Origin: a virus
Reading direction: 5' to 3' (one strand)
DNA length: 64,000 nt
Virus record (IMG/VR): IMGVR_UViG_3300029955_000018
Coordinates: 7,898-71,897 of that record
In this document: piece by piece, positions 16,694 through 26,498 of the stretch
How positions within the stretch are numbered: position 1 is the first letter of the stretch
How the letters are laid out: each line of letters begins with the position of its first letter
The notes under the pieces: model-generated
Told to the model about the DNA's origin: nothing
Database searches by the model: none
The model's input: only the letters and a program-made list of their open reading frames with translations
Translations under genes and position numbers: made by a program

Positions 16694-16803
16694 TTATTCC
16701 GGCGAACCATGTGGCCTACAGGGTCACCCCGCGGTAGGCCAGCGCCTTGACTGGCGGCGCGCGTTAAGGAGGGAACGCGGGTCGCCGGTCGAGCTTGTTC
16801 GAT

Positions 16804-17804
16804 CTACACCTTACTTGGGAGGGCTGGCGCGTCGGGCGTCTTGGGGGCGACACTCGGGGGATGGTTCTCGCCGCGATCGCGATCGGAATGCGAGATTTCA
16901 CCGAAGGGCTCCTCAACGATGGCGCCCTGCTGGCCCGAGACGATGGCTGCGCCGATTACGACTACATCGAACGCGGCTTCGCCGCCTTTCTCCGCGCCTT
17001 TCTTGATGTCGTGCCCTATCTTATCGATGAAGCTCATTGTGTTTTTCCTTTTCGCCATGCACGGCTCGGTCGATGGTGCGGATCGCGTTCTCAATCGCTT
17101 TGGTCGGCCGCATCTTGCGCAGCACGTCGCGCAGGGTAATCAGGCAGCATTCCAGGTCCTCGTAAGTCGGCTCGTAGTCGGGCTCCGATATCGGAGTCGC
17201 GGATGTGGGGGCTGGAGGCATGGCGTTTGGGGTTAGGAGTTAGGAGTGCCTGACCCGGACGGCGATCTCGACCAGCAGGCCGCCCAACGCCAGGATGGTG
17301 ACGTCGTGCGCCTCCGGGATTCTCAAACCGCAACCAACCAGGCCGAGCACCACAATCGTCAACAGAATGGCGATGTGGCCGCCCTGGGAGTCGAGCTTAT
17401 CGAGCACGGGGGTTTCTCCTTCGTTGTCGAGGTAAGAAGCGGTCATGGGGAACCTCATTCCATCAGTGGCGCAGCATATTGATGACGACGCCGACGAGGG
17501 CCAGCAGCGCGGTGGCCAGAACACCCATAATCCAGTTGCGGAGGCCGTCGATCTTACCTCCGAGGGTGATCGCGTCCGTTCTCTGTACGTCCGCGAGGCG
17601 CGACAAGTCTTCCTTTTGCGCGGCGGCTTCCACCTTGGCTTCCAGGCGCGCGAGGTCGGATTTCTGAGCGGCCAGGTCGGATTTCTGTTCCAGGCGGCGG
17701 AGCGATCCGTTCTGCGCGGTCTGCCAGCGTTCGAGCGCCTCGATATGGACGGTGGCAGTTGTCGCCAGCTCGCAGGCGCCGGGACATTGGGGTGGCATGT
17801 GCAT
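16804..17804 (-). other. Small genes, including membrane proteins (16804-17037, 17021-17221, 17240-17446 holin-like with 2 TM, 17463-17804 coiled coil plus C-terminal TM)
   Basis: Hydrophobic segments; operon-like packing. Confidence 0.5.
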
Positions 17805-17876
17805 TGAGTTTCCAGAAAAAAGAGTTTAAGTGGCTGCGCTTTTACCAGCCCCAGGGATAGAATCCGTGCGCCCGCA

Positions 17877-18251
17877 TCAAATCCTGGTGTACCCGGCTTC
17901 GAAGGCTTCGGCGGGACTGAAAGACCGGTAGCCGTCCGCGTATTCCACGAAGTAGCCGCCCGGCCGCGGGTCGTGTTTCAGCAGGTACGCGCCGTCCACG
18001 TGGATCGGCGACAGACCCGGGTCCACTGCAACAATCGATGCGCCCAGGGCTGGCCCATGGCTGGCTAGCCAATCGCAGCGCTCGCAGTTGCCGCAACCGC
18101 TTTGGAGCGCGAGGCTGCTCGCCGGCTGGTTCATGTAGAGCGTCCCTCTGCACGTGAACCCCTTGAAAAGCGGCATTCGGTCGCGGCGTACTTCCGCGAT
18201 CTTCACCGCGGAGACTTCCTTGTGGCAGCGGTATTGGGGGAGTGTCGTCAT
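17877..18251 (-). CDS. Conserved phage protein with a Cys-rich insertion
   Basis: LPQYRCHKEVSAVKI...GGYFVEYADGYRSFSPAEAFEAGY motif common in phage proteins. Confidence 0.65.
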   Translation of the reverse strand: MTTLPQYRCHKEVSAVKIAEVRRDRMPLFKGFTCRGTLYMNQPASSLALQSGCGNCERCDWLASHGPALGASIVAVDPGLSPIHVDGAYLLKHDPRPGGYFVEYADGYRSFSPAEAFEAGYTRI

Positions 18252-18742
18252 GCGGCCTTGCCGAGAGGAATCGATTCCAGTGAGAGCGGATCCACTTCAG
18301 CGCGGATGGAGCGCTCGATGCCGGCGAGGGTAACCACCACCCAGGCTTTCTTCTTCCACCGTAGGACATAGCCTTCGAGCCCTACCAAGAGTCCGTAGCG
18401 CACTCGTACACGGTCCCCGGCTATGAAGTGCTCACAGGCCGTGGCTTCGGGCAGGCTCACGATTCGCTTGACCTGCTCGATCTCGAAATCCGGGATGGCG
18501 ATGGCATGGCGGCCGGCCCCGACGATGCCCACCACCTGGTGGATGGCCACCACCGGGGTATCGTTCTCCAGATCGAACCGCGCGAACACGTACCCGGGCA
18601 TGAACCGCTGTTCGACGCTACGCCGCTTGTCGGCCGACTTCACCCGCCGAAACGGGTAGAACGCCTCGATGCCGGCGTTGGCCAGCTTTTGCGCTACGGC
18701 ATGCTCTTGACAGGAGCGGACGTGTAAAGCGTACCAGTTCAT
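18248..18742 (-). CDS. NusG/RfaH/UpxY-family transcription antiterminator
   Basis: NGN domain WYALHVRS..E...FMPGYVFARF; KOW motif GDRVRVRYGLLVGLEG. Confidence 0.9.
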   Translation of the reverse strand: MNWYALHVRSCQEHAVAQKLANAGIEAFYPFRRVKSADKRRSVEQRFMPGYVFARFDLENDTPVVAIHQVVGIVGAGRHAIAIPDFEIEQVKRIVSLPEATACEHFIAGDRVRVRYGLLVGLEGYVLRWKKKAWVVVTLAGIERSIRAEVDPLSLESIPLGKAA

Positions 18743-18877
18743 CGGGCTCGACAAGACCTAGGCGGGCATGTGGCAATGCCAGCGGGCCAGCAAGCCAGCA
18801 AGCTAAGAAACTGGCAGCCTTCGGCCCCTGGCTTGCGCTTTTCAGTGCAAGTAAAGGGGGTTAGTCGTCAAGACGTC

Positions 18878-19339
18878 TTACGCGGCCTTGAGCGCCTTGG
18901 CTTCCACGGCGTGGATCAATACGGCCGTCACGTCCCGCGTCCCGGTCCGTTCCTGGGTCACGAAGGACACCTGGTCGGCCGGCGCGACATGCGCGTCGAG
19001 CAACTTAAATGAGATGGTCAATGCTTCGATCAGCGGCTTCAGCCCCATGACCTTCTTCAATGCGTCGAAGGCTCTCAGCTTGTGGGAGACCGTGCGCTTG
19101 ATTTCGCGCTTGGTAAGATCGATGTAGTAGAGTGCGCCAGCCGCGCGCACCGGCACGTCGGCCGGACTCTTCTTATAATGCTCGCGAATCTCGGCTACGA
19201 GGCCGCTCAGTTCTTCGCGCCACGGCTCCGCGTTAGCGGCTTTTTGTTTGGCGAGGAGATATCCGCACCGGTCCAGTTTTTCTTTTGGGAATGCCGTGAT
19301 CGGAGTAGGTGGCACGAATCCAGTGTCACTCCATTTCAC
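18878..19339 (-). CDS. Hypothetical protein
   Basis: 153-aa ORF diverging from an AT-rich intergenic region. Confidence 0.5.
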   Translation of the reverse strand: MKWSDTGFVPPTPITAFPKEKLDRCGYLLAKQKAANAEPWREELSGLVAEIREHYKKSPADVPVRAAGALYYIDLTKREIKRTVSHKLRAFDALKKVMGLKPLIEALTISFKLLDAHVAPADQVSFVTQERTGTRDVTAVLIHAVEAKALKAA

Positions 19340-19475
19340 GTGTATAGCTATGAAACTAAACGGTTAAATTGGGACAAATCGCTCCGGTTAAGCATTAATT
19401 ATCAGAATGAGGATTATTCTCGGAGGTGCGAAGGCGCACGGAAGCGGAGGGCTACCCCAAAGGAGGGGGAAGCGC

Positions 19476-19817
19476 ATGGAACCGACAGGGGTAACGCTCG
19501 ATAAGGTGGATCGGGACGTCGCCATATTGCTGGCCGCCGGCGACGATCCTAAGATTGTCGCAGACCATCTCGACATGGCGCTGTCGACGGCGTACCGGCT
19601 GATTAACGGCATGTGCGCGCGCGCCCACGTGGCCGGCCGGGCCAAACTGCTGATCTGGATTCTGCAGCACCCGGGTTGTCTGTTTAAGGGTGTGATCTCG
19701 GTACCGGGCCTGCATGTGCAACCGTGCGAATGCGGTAGCCCGTATTGCCTCGGCATGATCGCCGCGCAATTGCCGCCCATCGATGAGATGCTGCAGCTTC
19801 CTACCGGCGCCGACTGA
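19476..19817 (+). CDS. LuxR-like HTH regulator with C-terminal Cys cluster
   Basis: GGAGG RBS; LLAAGDDPKIVADHLDMALSTAYRLI; CECGSPYC. Confidence 0.6.
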   Translation: MEPTGVTLDKVDRDVAILLAAGDDPKIVADHLDMALSTAYRLINGMCARAHVAGRAKLLIWILQHPGCLFKGVISVPGLHVQPCECGSPYCLGMIAAQLPPIDEMLQLPTGAD

Positions 19818-20115
19818 TATGCCGGTGGCCAGACCTATTTTTCCGGTAGTGGGGTCTTTTCGATTTCCACAGGCTGACAGCAAGCCGCCTTCTGTGCAGA
19901 CCGTAGTTGCAGGCATGTATCCCGATACGTTCCGCCATTTACACCCAAACTCGCCGCGCATCCCCCTGGATGTTTCGCCCTATCCGCGGCGCCAGCTGGA
20001 CCGTCCTCCATCCCGGCTCTTTCCGGCCGATCAGCGCCGACTGTCAGTACGCGATTCGCCGGTAAAATGGTACCCTGCGCGAACGCTCCCGCAAATGCGA
20101 TATGCTTTGGGGGCG

Positions 20116-20919
20116 ATGACTGTTTGCATTGCGGCGAGCACAGCAATAAAGGGGGTTCCGGCTGTTGTTCTGTGCGTGGATATGATGGGTTCAACCGACT
20201 ACACTAGTTCTGAAACCATCCACAAATTCTATCCGGTAGGGCCAGATTTCTTCGCGCTGCTCGCCGGTACGTTAAGCGATGCAGGCGAGTTCGCGCGGCT
20301 TGTACGGAGCCGCCTCTCGACTGAGAAGCCGGCAGACCAATCCGCTCTCCTGCGCCAGATCAGGGCAGCGGTGAGGGACTTCAAACATGCGATGGCGGAG
20401 ACGCACATCGAGACGGCGATAGGCATATCCTACGATGAATTTAGAAGGAAGGGAAAGAAGACGTTGCCAGAGGACCTGTACCGCAGCCTCTGTTGGGAAA
20501 TCCGTAACCAACAGACGGACGTCGAATTGCTGATCGCGGGCTTTCTCCCTGTTCCAGGTAAGCCGGAGAGGCTGATTCCAGCAATTGTGAAAGTATCCTT
20601 CGGAAAGGTCTGGTACTCCGACAACTTCGCGGTGGCGGGATCGGGGGCAGGGATTGCTGAGCCCGCACTGTTTCACAGAAATCAAAATTCTTTGGACACA
20701 TTCGAAGCCACCGTCTATCAGGTTTACGAGGCGAAGTGTCTGGCCGAAAGATCTCCTGGCGTAGGCAGGCGGCTAATCATGCTTGTACTACGGCCCAAAC
20801 AGAGGCCCCTAGTGTTAACCGAACCCGGGATAAAGTTTTTAGACAAGCAAGTCAAGAGGTTTTCTCCCCGTAGATTGAAGCTTCCCGATTTCCCTGATGG
20901 AATGTTCGATCAGGTTTAG
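20116..20919 (+). CDS. Proteasome-beta/Ntn-hydrolase-like protein (IS passenger)
   Basis: MTVCIAA (N-terminal Thr nucleophile position), VLCVD, LLIAGF, AVAGSG, SPGVG. Confidence 0.7.
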   Translation: MTVCIAASTAIKGVPAVVLCVDMMGSTDYTSSETIHKFYPVGPDFFALLAGTLSDAGEFARLVRSRLSTEKPADQSALLRQIRAAVRDFKHAMAETHIETAIGISYDEFRRKGKKTLPEDLYRSLCWEIRNQQTDVELLIAGFLPVPGKPERLIPAIVKVSFGKVWYSDNFAVAGSGAGIAEPALFHRNQNSLDTFEATVYQVYEAKCLAERSPGVGRRLIMLVLRPKQRPLVLTEPGIKFLDKQVKRFSPRRLKLPDFPDGMFDQV

Positions 20920-21770
20920 GCGGCAACGCGCCGGGCCGCAGATTCCGCATCTGCCACGGCTATAACCTCCCACCATGACCACACGTGAGTTGAGACTCCC
21001 GCTGCCATCGCTGGCGTAACCCTGAGCGTCTGGTGGATGCGCACGAAGTTGTAGTACATGTAGTGGAGTGCGACCGCGGCTTCGTGGTTCTGGATCTTTT
21101 TAGAGAAGCCGTTCGTCAGGCGCGTGAATCTGCGCATGGACATCCGCATGGTGAGATTCTGACGCTCCACATAGCTGGTCGAGATGAACTTTTCTTCGGG
21201 CTCGCCCAGTCTGGGAACCTTCTGGCACCCGGTGCAGATCGCTGGGCTGTAGCGCTTGTGGCCCTCCGGCTCGTTGCCAAAGTACTTCACAAGTTGCGCG
21301 TAGTCGATGTCGTCGGCGAAGGCGTCAATGACGGCGTTGAGATAGACCTTATGGCCATCGGTGGTGAGCTGAACGCGATTCGTCAGGCGCCGTTCCAGAT
21401 CGGCGATAAACTCCGTGGCGCAGCCGGCATCGCGGGTACCGACGAGCCAGCAGGGAACGAGCTTGGTCTCGGCGTCGATGGCAACCCACACCCAGGCATC
21501 GCCAACTACGCGCTCTTCGGCCATTTCTTTCGTGACGTGCTTTTGTTTGCATCCGACGAAACTCCAGATCTCGTCGCACTCCAGCCGCTTGCAGCTCAGG
21601 TTGCGGAACACGCGGTCCTGGTATCGGTAGCATGCTTTGCCGACACCCACAAGCAGGCGCGTCACGGTTCGCTTCTCGCGGCCCAACATGCGGCAGGTGG
21701 AGCGGATCGAATTGCCTTCAACCAGAGCGGCGAGGATTTGGGCGCGTTCGTCGATGCTCAAGCGGTTCAT
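20916..21770 (-). CDS. IS1-family DDE transposase
   Basis: N-terminal HTH, LECDEIWSFVG, QLTTDG, STSYVERQNLTMR, RFTRLTNGFSKK. Confidence 0.92.
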   Translation of the reverse strand: MNRLSIDERAQILAALVEGNSIRSTCRMLGREKRTVTRLLVGVGKACYRYQDRVFRNLSCKRLECDEIWSFVGCKQKHVTKEMAEERVVGDAWVWVAIDAETKLVPCWLVGTRDAGCATEFIADLERRLTNRVQLTTDGHKVYLNAVIDAFADDIDYAQLVKYFGNEPEGHKRYSPAICTGCQKVPRLGEPEEKFISTSYVERQNLTMRMSMRRFTRLTNGFSKKIQNHEAAVALHYMYYNFVRIHQTLRVTPAMAAGVSTHVWSWWEVIAVADAESAARRVAA

Positions 21771-21776
21771 GAATAT

Positions 21777-21805
21777 ATTATACGCGACCGCTCGCGCATA
21801 AGCAA
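21777..21805 (-). promoter_or_regulatory. Sigma70 promoter of the transposase (probably leaderless) with palindromic spacer
   Basis: TTGCTT-17bp-TATAAT 6 nt upstream of the ATG; spacer contains CGCGAGCGGTCGCG. Confidence 0.65.
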
Positions 21806-21871
21806 GAAGAATGAGCTATTATTGAGCCATGAAAAGACTTAGCGACGATCCACGCGGCAGAGAGGCCGATC

Positions 21872-22186
21872 TTACTGCGGCGGTCCTTCAAACGCTTCGA
21901 GGATGCGACGAAACTCGGTTTGCTTTTCTTCCTCGGAAGGACCGGGATCTTTTAGCAGGGCTATTAGCCGAGCATATAGGTCAGTTAGGTCGCTCCGAGG
22001 ATCTGCGGCTTGCTGCTCTTCGGCGCTCTGCAACTCTGCCCTAAATCGCTCGTCAACAGGTGGAGAGAGACTGCGCAACGTGCGTGCAGTAGACACCAGG
22101 AGGTTCAGGTCGGCTTGTCGGCCTTTCTCGATCTGATGAAGACGCTCCAGGATAAGCACCATCACCTTTCGCAGCGTATCGTCCAT
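21872..22186 (-). CDS. Hypothetical helical protein (IS passenger)
   Basis: 104-aa ORF within the IS ends. Confidence 0.55.
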   Translation of the reverse strand: MDDTLRKVMVLILERLHQIEKGRQADLNLLVSTARTLRSLSPPVDERFRAELQSAEEQQAADPRSDLTDLYARLIALLKDPGPSEEEKQTEFRRILEAFEGPPQ

Positions 22187-22255
22187 GGCCGGATTCTACC
22201 ACCGCGCGTCCGCTCTCGCATGGTAAAGGCCTCCACTTCCAATTCGGGGTCTGGC

Positions 22256-22543
22256 CTATGTGTACGGACCCAACTCAGAGTGTACGTCCAGGACTACCCA
22301 CGGGTCGGCTACGGCTGCCGCCAAGTTTCGAAGCGCCACGTAATCCAGTGTCCGAAGGTCAGCGAGAAGAGCTTTCCCCGAAGGCAATAGCCTTTCCATG
22401 TCGAATTCGCCTTCGCCCTTCCTGGTGAACATATCAGTCGCCAGTAGATCTTCGACTGTTCTGCAACCGCTTGTGCTTGGTTCCAGAAGGGAAGCAATGT
22501 CGAGCAAAAAGGTGACGAGGTTGTGTTTGTGTTCTTCGCTCAT
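22256..22543 (-). CDS. Hypothetical protein (IS passenger)
   Basis: ATGA overlap with the upstream basic gene. Confidence 0.5.
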   Translation of the reverse strand: MSEEHKHNLVTFLLDIASLLEPSTSGCRTVEDLLATDMFTRKGEGEFDMERLLPSGKALLADLRTLDYVALRNLAAAVADPWVVLDVHSELGPYT

Positions 22544-22803
22544 TTTGCCGCCTTGTCCGCTGGGTTTGCCCACCGCGCCTTGGCAGCTCGTTGCGCCGAC
22601 CTCTTCCGCTGGGCCGGTGTCAGCCTAGCGTTCAAGGTCGCCGCGCCCTTGAGACCGCCGCGTCGCCCCATGGCGGCCATGACCTGGGCGATAGTGGCGC
22701 GGTCGGGCTCTGCGGTCCCTTCGCTGGCTTCGATGGTCCGCTTCAGAGCGGAAGCGGCGAACTGGTTGATGTCCTGGAATTCTTTACGCGTGCGCTTGGG
22801 CAT
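22540..22803 (-). CDS. Small basic IS-associated protein
   Basis: MPKR...DINQFA...GRRGGLKG...LTPAQR...AAKARW; motif type seen beside this transposase group. Confidence 0.7.
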   Translation of the reverse strand: MPKRTRKEFQDINQFAASALKRTIEASEGTAEPDRATIAQVMAAMGRRGGLKGAATLNARLTPAQRKRSAQRAAKARWANPADKAAK

Positions 22804-22993
22804 GTCCCCAGTATCGCAGGTGGGGCGGCGGCGTCAAGCCTGTGGAAAACGAAATGACCCCACTACCATTTTTCCAGTCCGCACGATTTAGATAGCGTTC
22901 GCTTCCCATCTGGTGGTAGACTGTTCCTTCGCCGTACTGCCCGATTGCTGGCATTTAGGCAACTCGGATTGCCGTCCAGGAGGCGGCTGCCTC

Positions 22994-23650
22994 ATGAAAA
23001 CCATTGCGATCCTTTCCCAGAAGGGCGGGGCGGGAAAGACAACGATCGCCATCAACCTCGCCGGAGCCGCGGAAGCGGCTGGACTAAAGACGGTTATCGT
23101 CGATCTGGATCCACAGGCCAGCGCCAAGGTCTGGCACGACCACCGGCAGCGCGAAAGCCCGGTTGTAATCTCAGCGCAGGCTGCACGCTTATTTGAGGTG
23201 CTATCTACCGCCGCGAACCACGGAGCCGGCCTGTGCATCGTGGACACGGCGCCGCATTCCACCACCGAAGCCTTGGCGGCGGCAAAGGCGGCCGATCTGA
23301 TTCTCATTCCGTGCAGGGCCAGCTACATCGACCTCATCGCCATGGCGACGTCGGTCGAACTAGTGCAACTCGCCCGCAAGCCCGCGATGTTCGTTCTCAA
23401 CTGCGTGCGGCCCGGAGACAAGGCGCTTCCCGATCAAGCCGAGGAAGGGCTGGCGGGACACAATATCCCCGTGTCCGGCGTCCGGATTACGCAGCGCGCA
23501 GCGTTCGTTCACTCGCTCACGGCCGGCCAGACGGTGGACGAATACGAATTGGACGGCGCTGCGGCCGGAGAGATTCGTGCGTTATTCCGGTTGGCTTGCC
23601 AGCATGAGGGCATGACGGAGTTACGGCAGGGCAAGGGGGCAATCGCATGA
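22994..23650 (+). CDS. parA: ParA/ParF partition ATPase (type Ib)
   Basis: QKGGAGKTT, VDLDPQAS, IVDTAP, ADLILIP; short 218-aa form without an N-terminal HTH. Confidence 0.92.
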   Translation: MKTIAILSQKGGAGKTTIAINLAGAAEAAGLKTVIVDLDPQASAKVWHDHRQRESPVVISAQAARLFEVLSTAANHGAGLCIVDTAPHSTTEALAAAKAADLILIPCRASYIDLIAMATSVELVQLARKPAMFVLNCVRPGDKALPDQAEEGLAGHNIPVSGVRITQRAAFVHSLTAGQTVDEYELDGAAAGEIRALFRLACQHEGMTELRQGKGAIA

Positions 23651-23919
23651 AGAAGGCGCCGTCGTTATCTCAAGCTCTGAAACCGCTGGACCGGCGGACC
23701 GTGTCCGGGCCATCCCGGCCGTCACCGGCGCCGGCAACGAGGAGGTCGCCCGTACCGGCGACGCGGGCAGGGAAGAAGACCCTGAGCTTCTACGTTTCGC
23801 TGGAATGCCGGACGCATCTGAAGGTTACGGCAGCCGCCCAACAGCGGCCGCTGGAGCAGTGCCTCACAGAGGCGCTGAACGATTGGTTCAAGAAGTATGG
23901 CAAGGCGGAACTGGCGTAG
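23647..23919 (+). CDS. Ribbon-helix-helix centromere-binding protein (ParG-like)
   Basis: Coupled to parA; unstructured N-tail then RAGKKTLSFYV...LTEALNDWFKKYGK. Confidence 0.75.
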   Translation: MKKAPSLSQALKPLDRRTVSGPSRPSPAPATRRSPVPATRAGKKTLSFYVSLECRTHLKVTAAAQQRPLEQCLTEALNDWFKKYGKAELA

Positions 23920-24789
23920 GCCCTCCCCGCCATGTAGTACGGGAAACCAGCGCTGGCGTAAAGTGACCAAACGCACGGTGCGCAAGAGGGACCATTACCT
24001 CACGCGCGCGTGGGAGTAAGATGGGTCCTAGGTCCAACATGCATTTTTGGTATTTTTAGTGCAGGAAATAGAGGAGGCCGCCTGACGTTTTCCCCGTGTC
24101 GGCGGCCTCTTGAGAAACGATACTCATCGATATGTCGATTCAGTATAGCCAATTCGGCGCCACGAACACAAGGCGAAAGCCTCCCCCCACCACCGAGAAA
24201 CGCAAACTGTCGCCAGCGTTCGGGGTCAACTTTTCCAGGAGCAAATCCCGAAGCGCTTGAGGTAGGTGATTGAGGGGGAGGCGGAGGCCATCCCAATTGG
24301 ATCAAGTCATGACCGGGAATAGGGACGACTGTAGGGACATTACGCCAAAATATTACCAAACTTTCGGCGCTCTTGCATCTCTTTTCTGGGGCGGGATTCG
24401 GGATGTTTTTCGGGCCGAGGGGGTGCTACTAACACTCTCGCGGCGCGCGATAGCCAGCTTAGCGCACGCCAGCGAGCCTGGGCGGTCCTGCAAGTACTGT
24501 TTTAGGGCCTGCGGTACCAATGGAATGGGGGTTGCTGCGGGGCGTTGCAAAATCGGATTGTACCGCTTGAATGCCACCGGTTGCGGCAGCAGCCGGGAAA
24601 GATCTCCTCCAATTGGTCCCTGAAGTTCCTCAGTCGCTACGTTTCATCTTGGCGGAAGGACCGTAGCACCAAGTGCAAGATGCAGAGTTGGAAGAGTGCG
24701 GCTCGTCTTCTAGTTTACCGTACTACCCCAACTCATTACCAGAGGCATAAAACCGGAGGTCCGACCTCCAGAAAGCGTTTGGGGCAAGT

Positions 24790-25206
24790 ATGGCAAATTC
24801 GAGCGATGCGAGACGCAAGCTAACGCCCGGCCAGGTGAGGGCTATCCGGGAAGAATACGCGAACAGCGCGATCAGCCAGGAAGGGCTGGCCGGAAAGTAT
24901 GGAGTGGGGCACACTGCCATCGGTTCGGTAATCAACTGGAAGCGCTGGAGGCATATAGACGGAGCCGCCGCCCCGCCCCGCAAGAAAGTACGGGGTGCCG
25001 ATTGCGGACGCGCCAAACTGAGCGCCGGTGAGGTTGTGGCGATTCGCCGCGAATTCACTGAACGCCGTATCACTAAAGCGAGATTGGCCGCGAAATATTT
25101 TATTGACCCTTCCAGCCTGACTGAGATTCTTTGCGGCGAAACTTGGGGGCATGTTGGTGGTCCCCGCACTCCTCGTCGAAGCAACGCGATTTTCGGCCGG
25201 TTCTAA
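24790..25206 (+). CDS. Tandem HTH protein resembling C-terminal DNA-binding modules of HNH homing endonucleases, without a nuclease domain
   Basis: Two repeats of KLT/S..QV.AIR.E...I....LA.KY.......I.....W.H. Confidence 0.65.
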   Translation: MANSSDARRKLTPGQVRAIREEYANSAISQEGLAGKYGVGHTAIGSVINWKRWRHIDGAAAPPRKKVRGADCGRAKLSAGEVVAIRREFTERRITKARLAAKYFIDPSSLTEILCGETWGHVGGPRTPRRSNAIFGRF

Positions 25207-25316
25207 TCCTCGTTGCGCAAGCCAATCGATGCGGGCCGGAGGCTTAGCGATGTGGACGCGGCGTTTATATTTTCCCTGAGAGGCGCTGTGAGCTTTGGTA
25301 TCGAAGGAGGTAGTCA

Positions 25317-26254
25317 GTGACACCGGAACAGATTCGCCCCTACAGAATCAGCGAAGTGCCGCCCCTGACGGCGCTTCAAACAGCCCTACTCCAAGCCGGC
25401 ACCCCCATCCTCGACGCCGACGACGTGCGCGCCTGGCAGGAGGAAAAGCTCAAACAGGAGAAAGCCAGGGCCAAGGCGCTGTGCTTCCGTCTCCGGGTAG
25501 CGTTGGTCCTGTTGCCGGCTTGCGCCGCCGCCTTGCTGGCAGGCGGGCTGATGGCGCGCTTCTGGGTGCATGGCTACAGCCAGACGCTGGCCTGGATCGG
25601 AGTAGCGCTGGGCATGGCCTTGGCGCGCATCGCGTGGCGATTAGAGGTGGACAGCGCGGCAGACATGATGGCGTGGCGGCCCTACACGGTCGCCTATGTC
25701 GTGGGTACCGGCCTGGACTACAACCCCGTGTATGCGGAAGCCGCATTCCTGAGCGCGGGCCTGCAGACGCCAACCGTGGTTCCACCCGAGGCGGTGGCGC
25801 TCATGCGGGCCATCGCGGCAACCGGCGTGGAGGCCAGCTTCAGGGTGGAGCAGCTCGACGCGGACCCGTTCCTGTACGTGCGTGACTACCGCGAGGGCTA
25901 CTACATCGCGGTCTGGGACGAGAGGGGGTACATCCGGTGAGGCGCAACAGACCGCGGCGCCGTCCGGACCGCTTCCCCCCGGCACGGCCGCTGCCAGACA
26001 CCAGCCTGTGGTACGTACTGCACCAGGGCGATATCCACGGCCGCATCGGCCACGCCGCCTATCGGACCGCGCTGGGGATCGCGCGGGCCATGCTGCCCGA
26101 GCTGGCCGACGAGTTGCGCCTGGTGCTGTACGCCGAGGTGCCCCGCCCCGTGCGCGCCGACGTTGACCGCGCTCCATTGTGGACGCCGGCGTGGTGTACC
26201 GCGCGCGGCATCGCCTGGGCACAGGGGCTGACGGCTGCGGGAGGTGCGCGATGA
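25317..26254 (+). other. Two hypothetical genes (25317-25940 with 2 TM segments; 25937-26254)
   Basis: AAGGAGG RBS; GTGA overlap. Confidence 0.6.
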
Positions 26255-26385
26255 CCTTTGACGGTCGGTCGCAGGTGCCCGCGCAGGGGCTTTGTACCTG
26301 CGACTACCTGCGACTGCGCGAAGGCCGTGAACGCGTACCTGACGCGCGCGCGCCAGGGCAGAAAGGCCGGGGGCGAATGAAGGGC

Positions 26386-26490
26386 GCAGAATCGGACTCA
26401 CAAGTCTTAATGGCATCAGTACTGATGCGGACACCACGACCTAAGTCCTTTAGAATCTTAAATCGGACAAAGAGGTATCGGTTTGAGGCC
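26386..26490 (+). repeat. 105-bp inverted repeat, copy A; contains the palindrome GCATCAGTACTGATGC (26413-26428)
   Basis: Reverse complement of 37784-37888 with 5 mismatches. Confidence 0.95.
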
Positions 26491-26498
26491 CGTGAACG

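Larger units (their letters stand above)
19845..22867. mobile_element. IS1-family element with passenger genes (3023 bp)
   Basis: Terminal IRs GGTAGTGGGGTC(T/A)TTTCG(A/T)TTTCCACAGGCT; 8-bp target duplication ATTTTTCC at 19837-19844 and 22868-22875. Confidence 0.92.

Noticed and set aside
16699-16788. tRNA gene
   Set aside because: Cloverleaf-like but lacks the TTCGA T-loop, D-loop consensus and proper arm lengths.
17877-18251. Tad2 anti-Thoeris call
   Set aside because: The motif resembles a domain often found near DUF2829, but I cannot see the Tad2 core; needs an HMM search.
26413-26428. N15-type hairpin telomere site
   Set aside because: Palindrome is only 16 bp, present twice, and no protelomerase is seen in the window.
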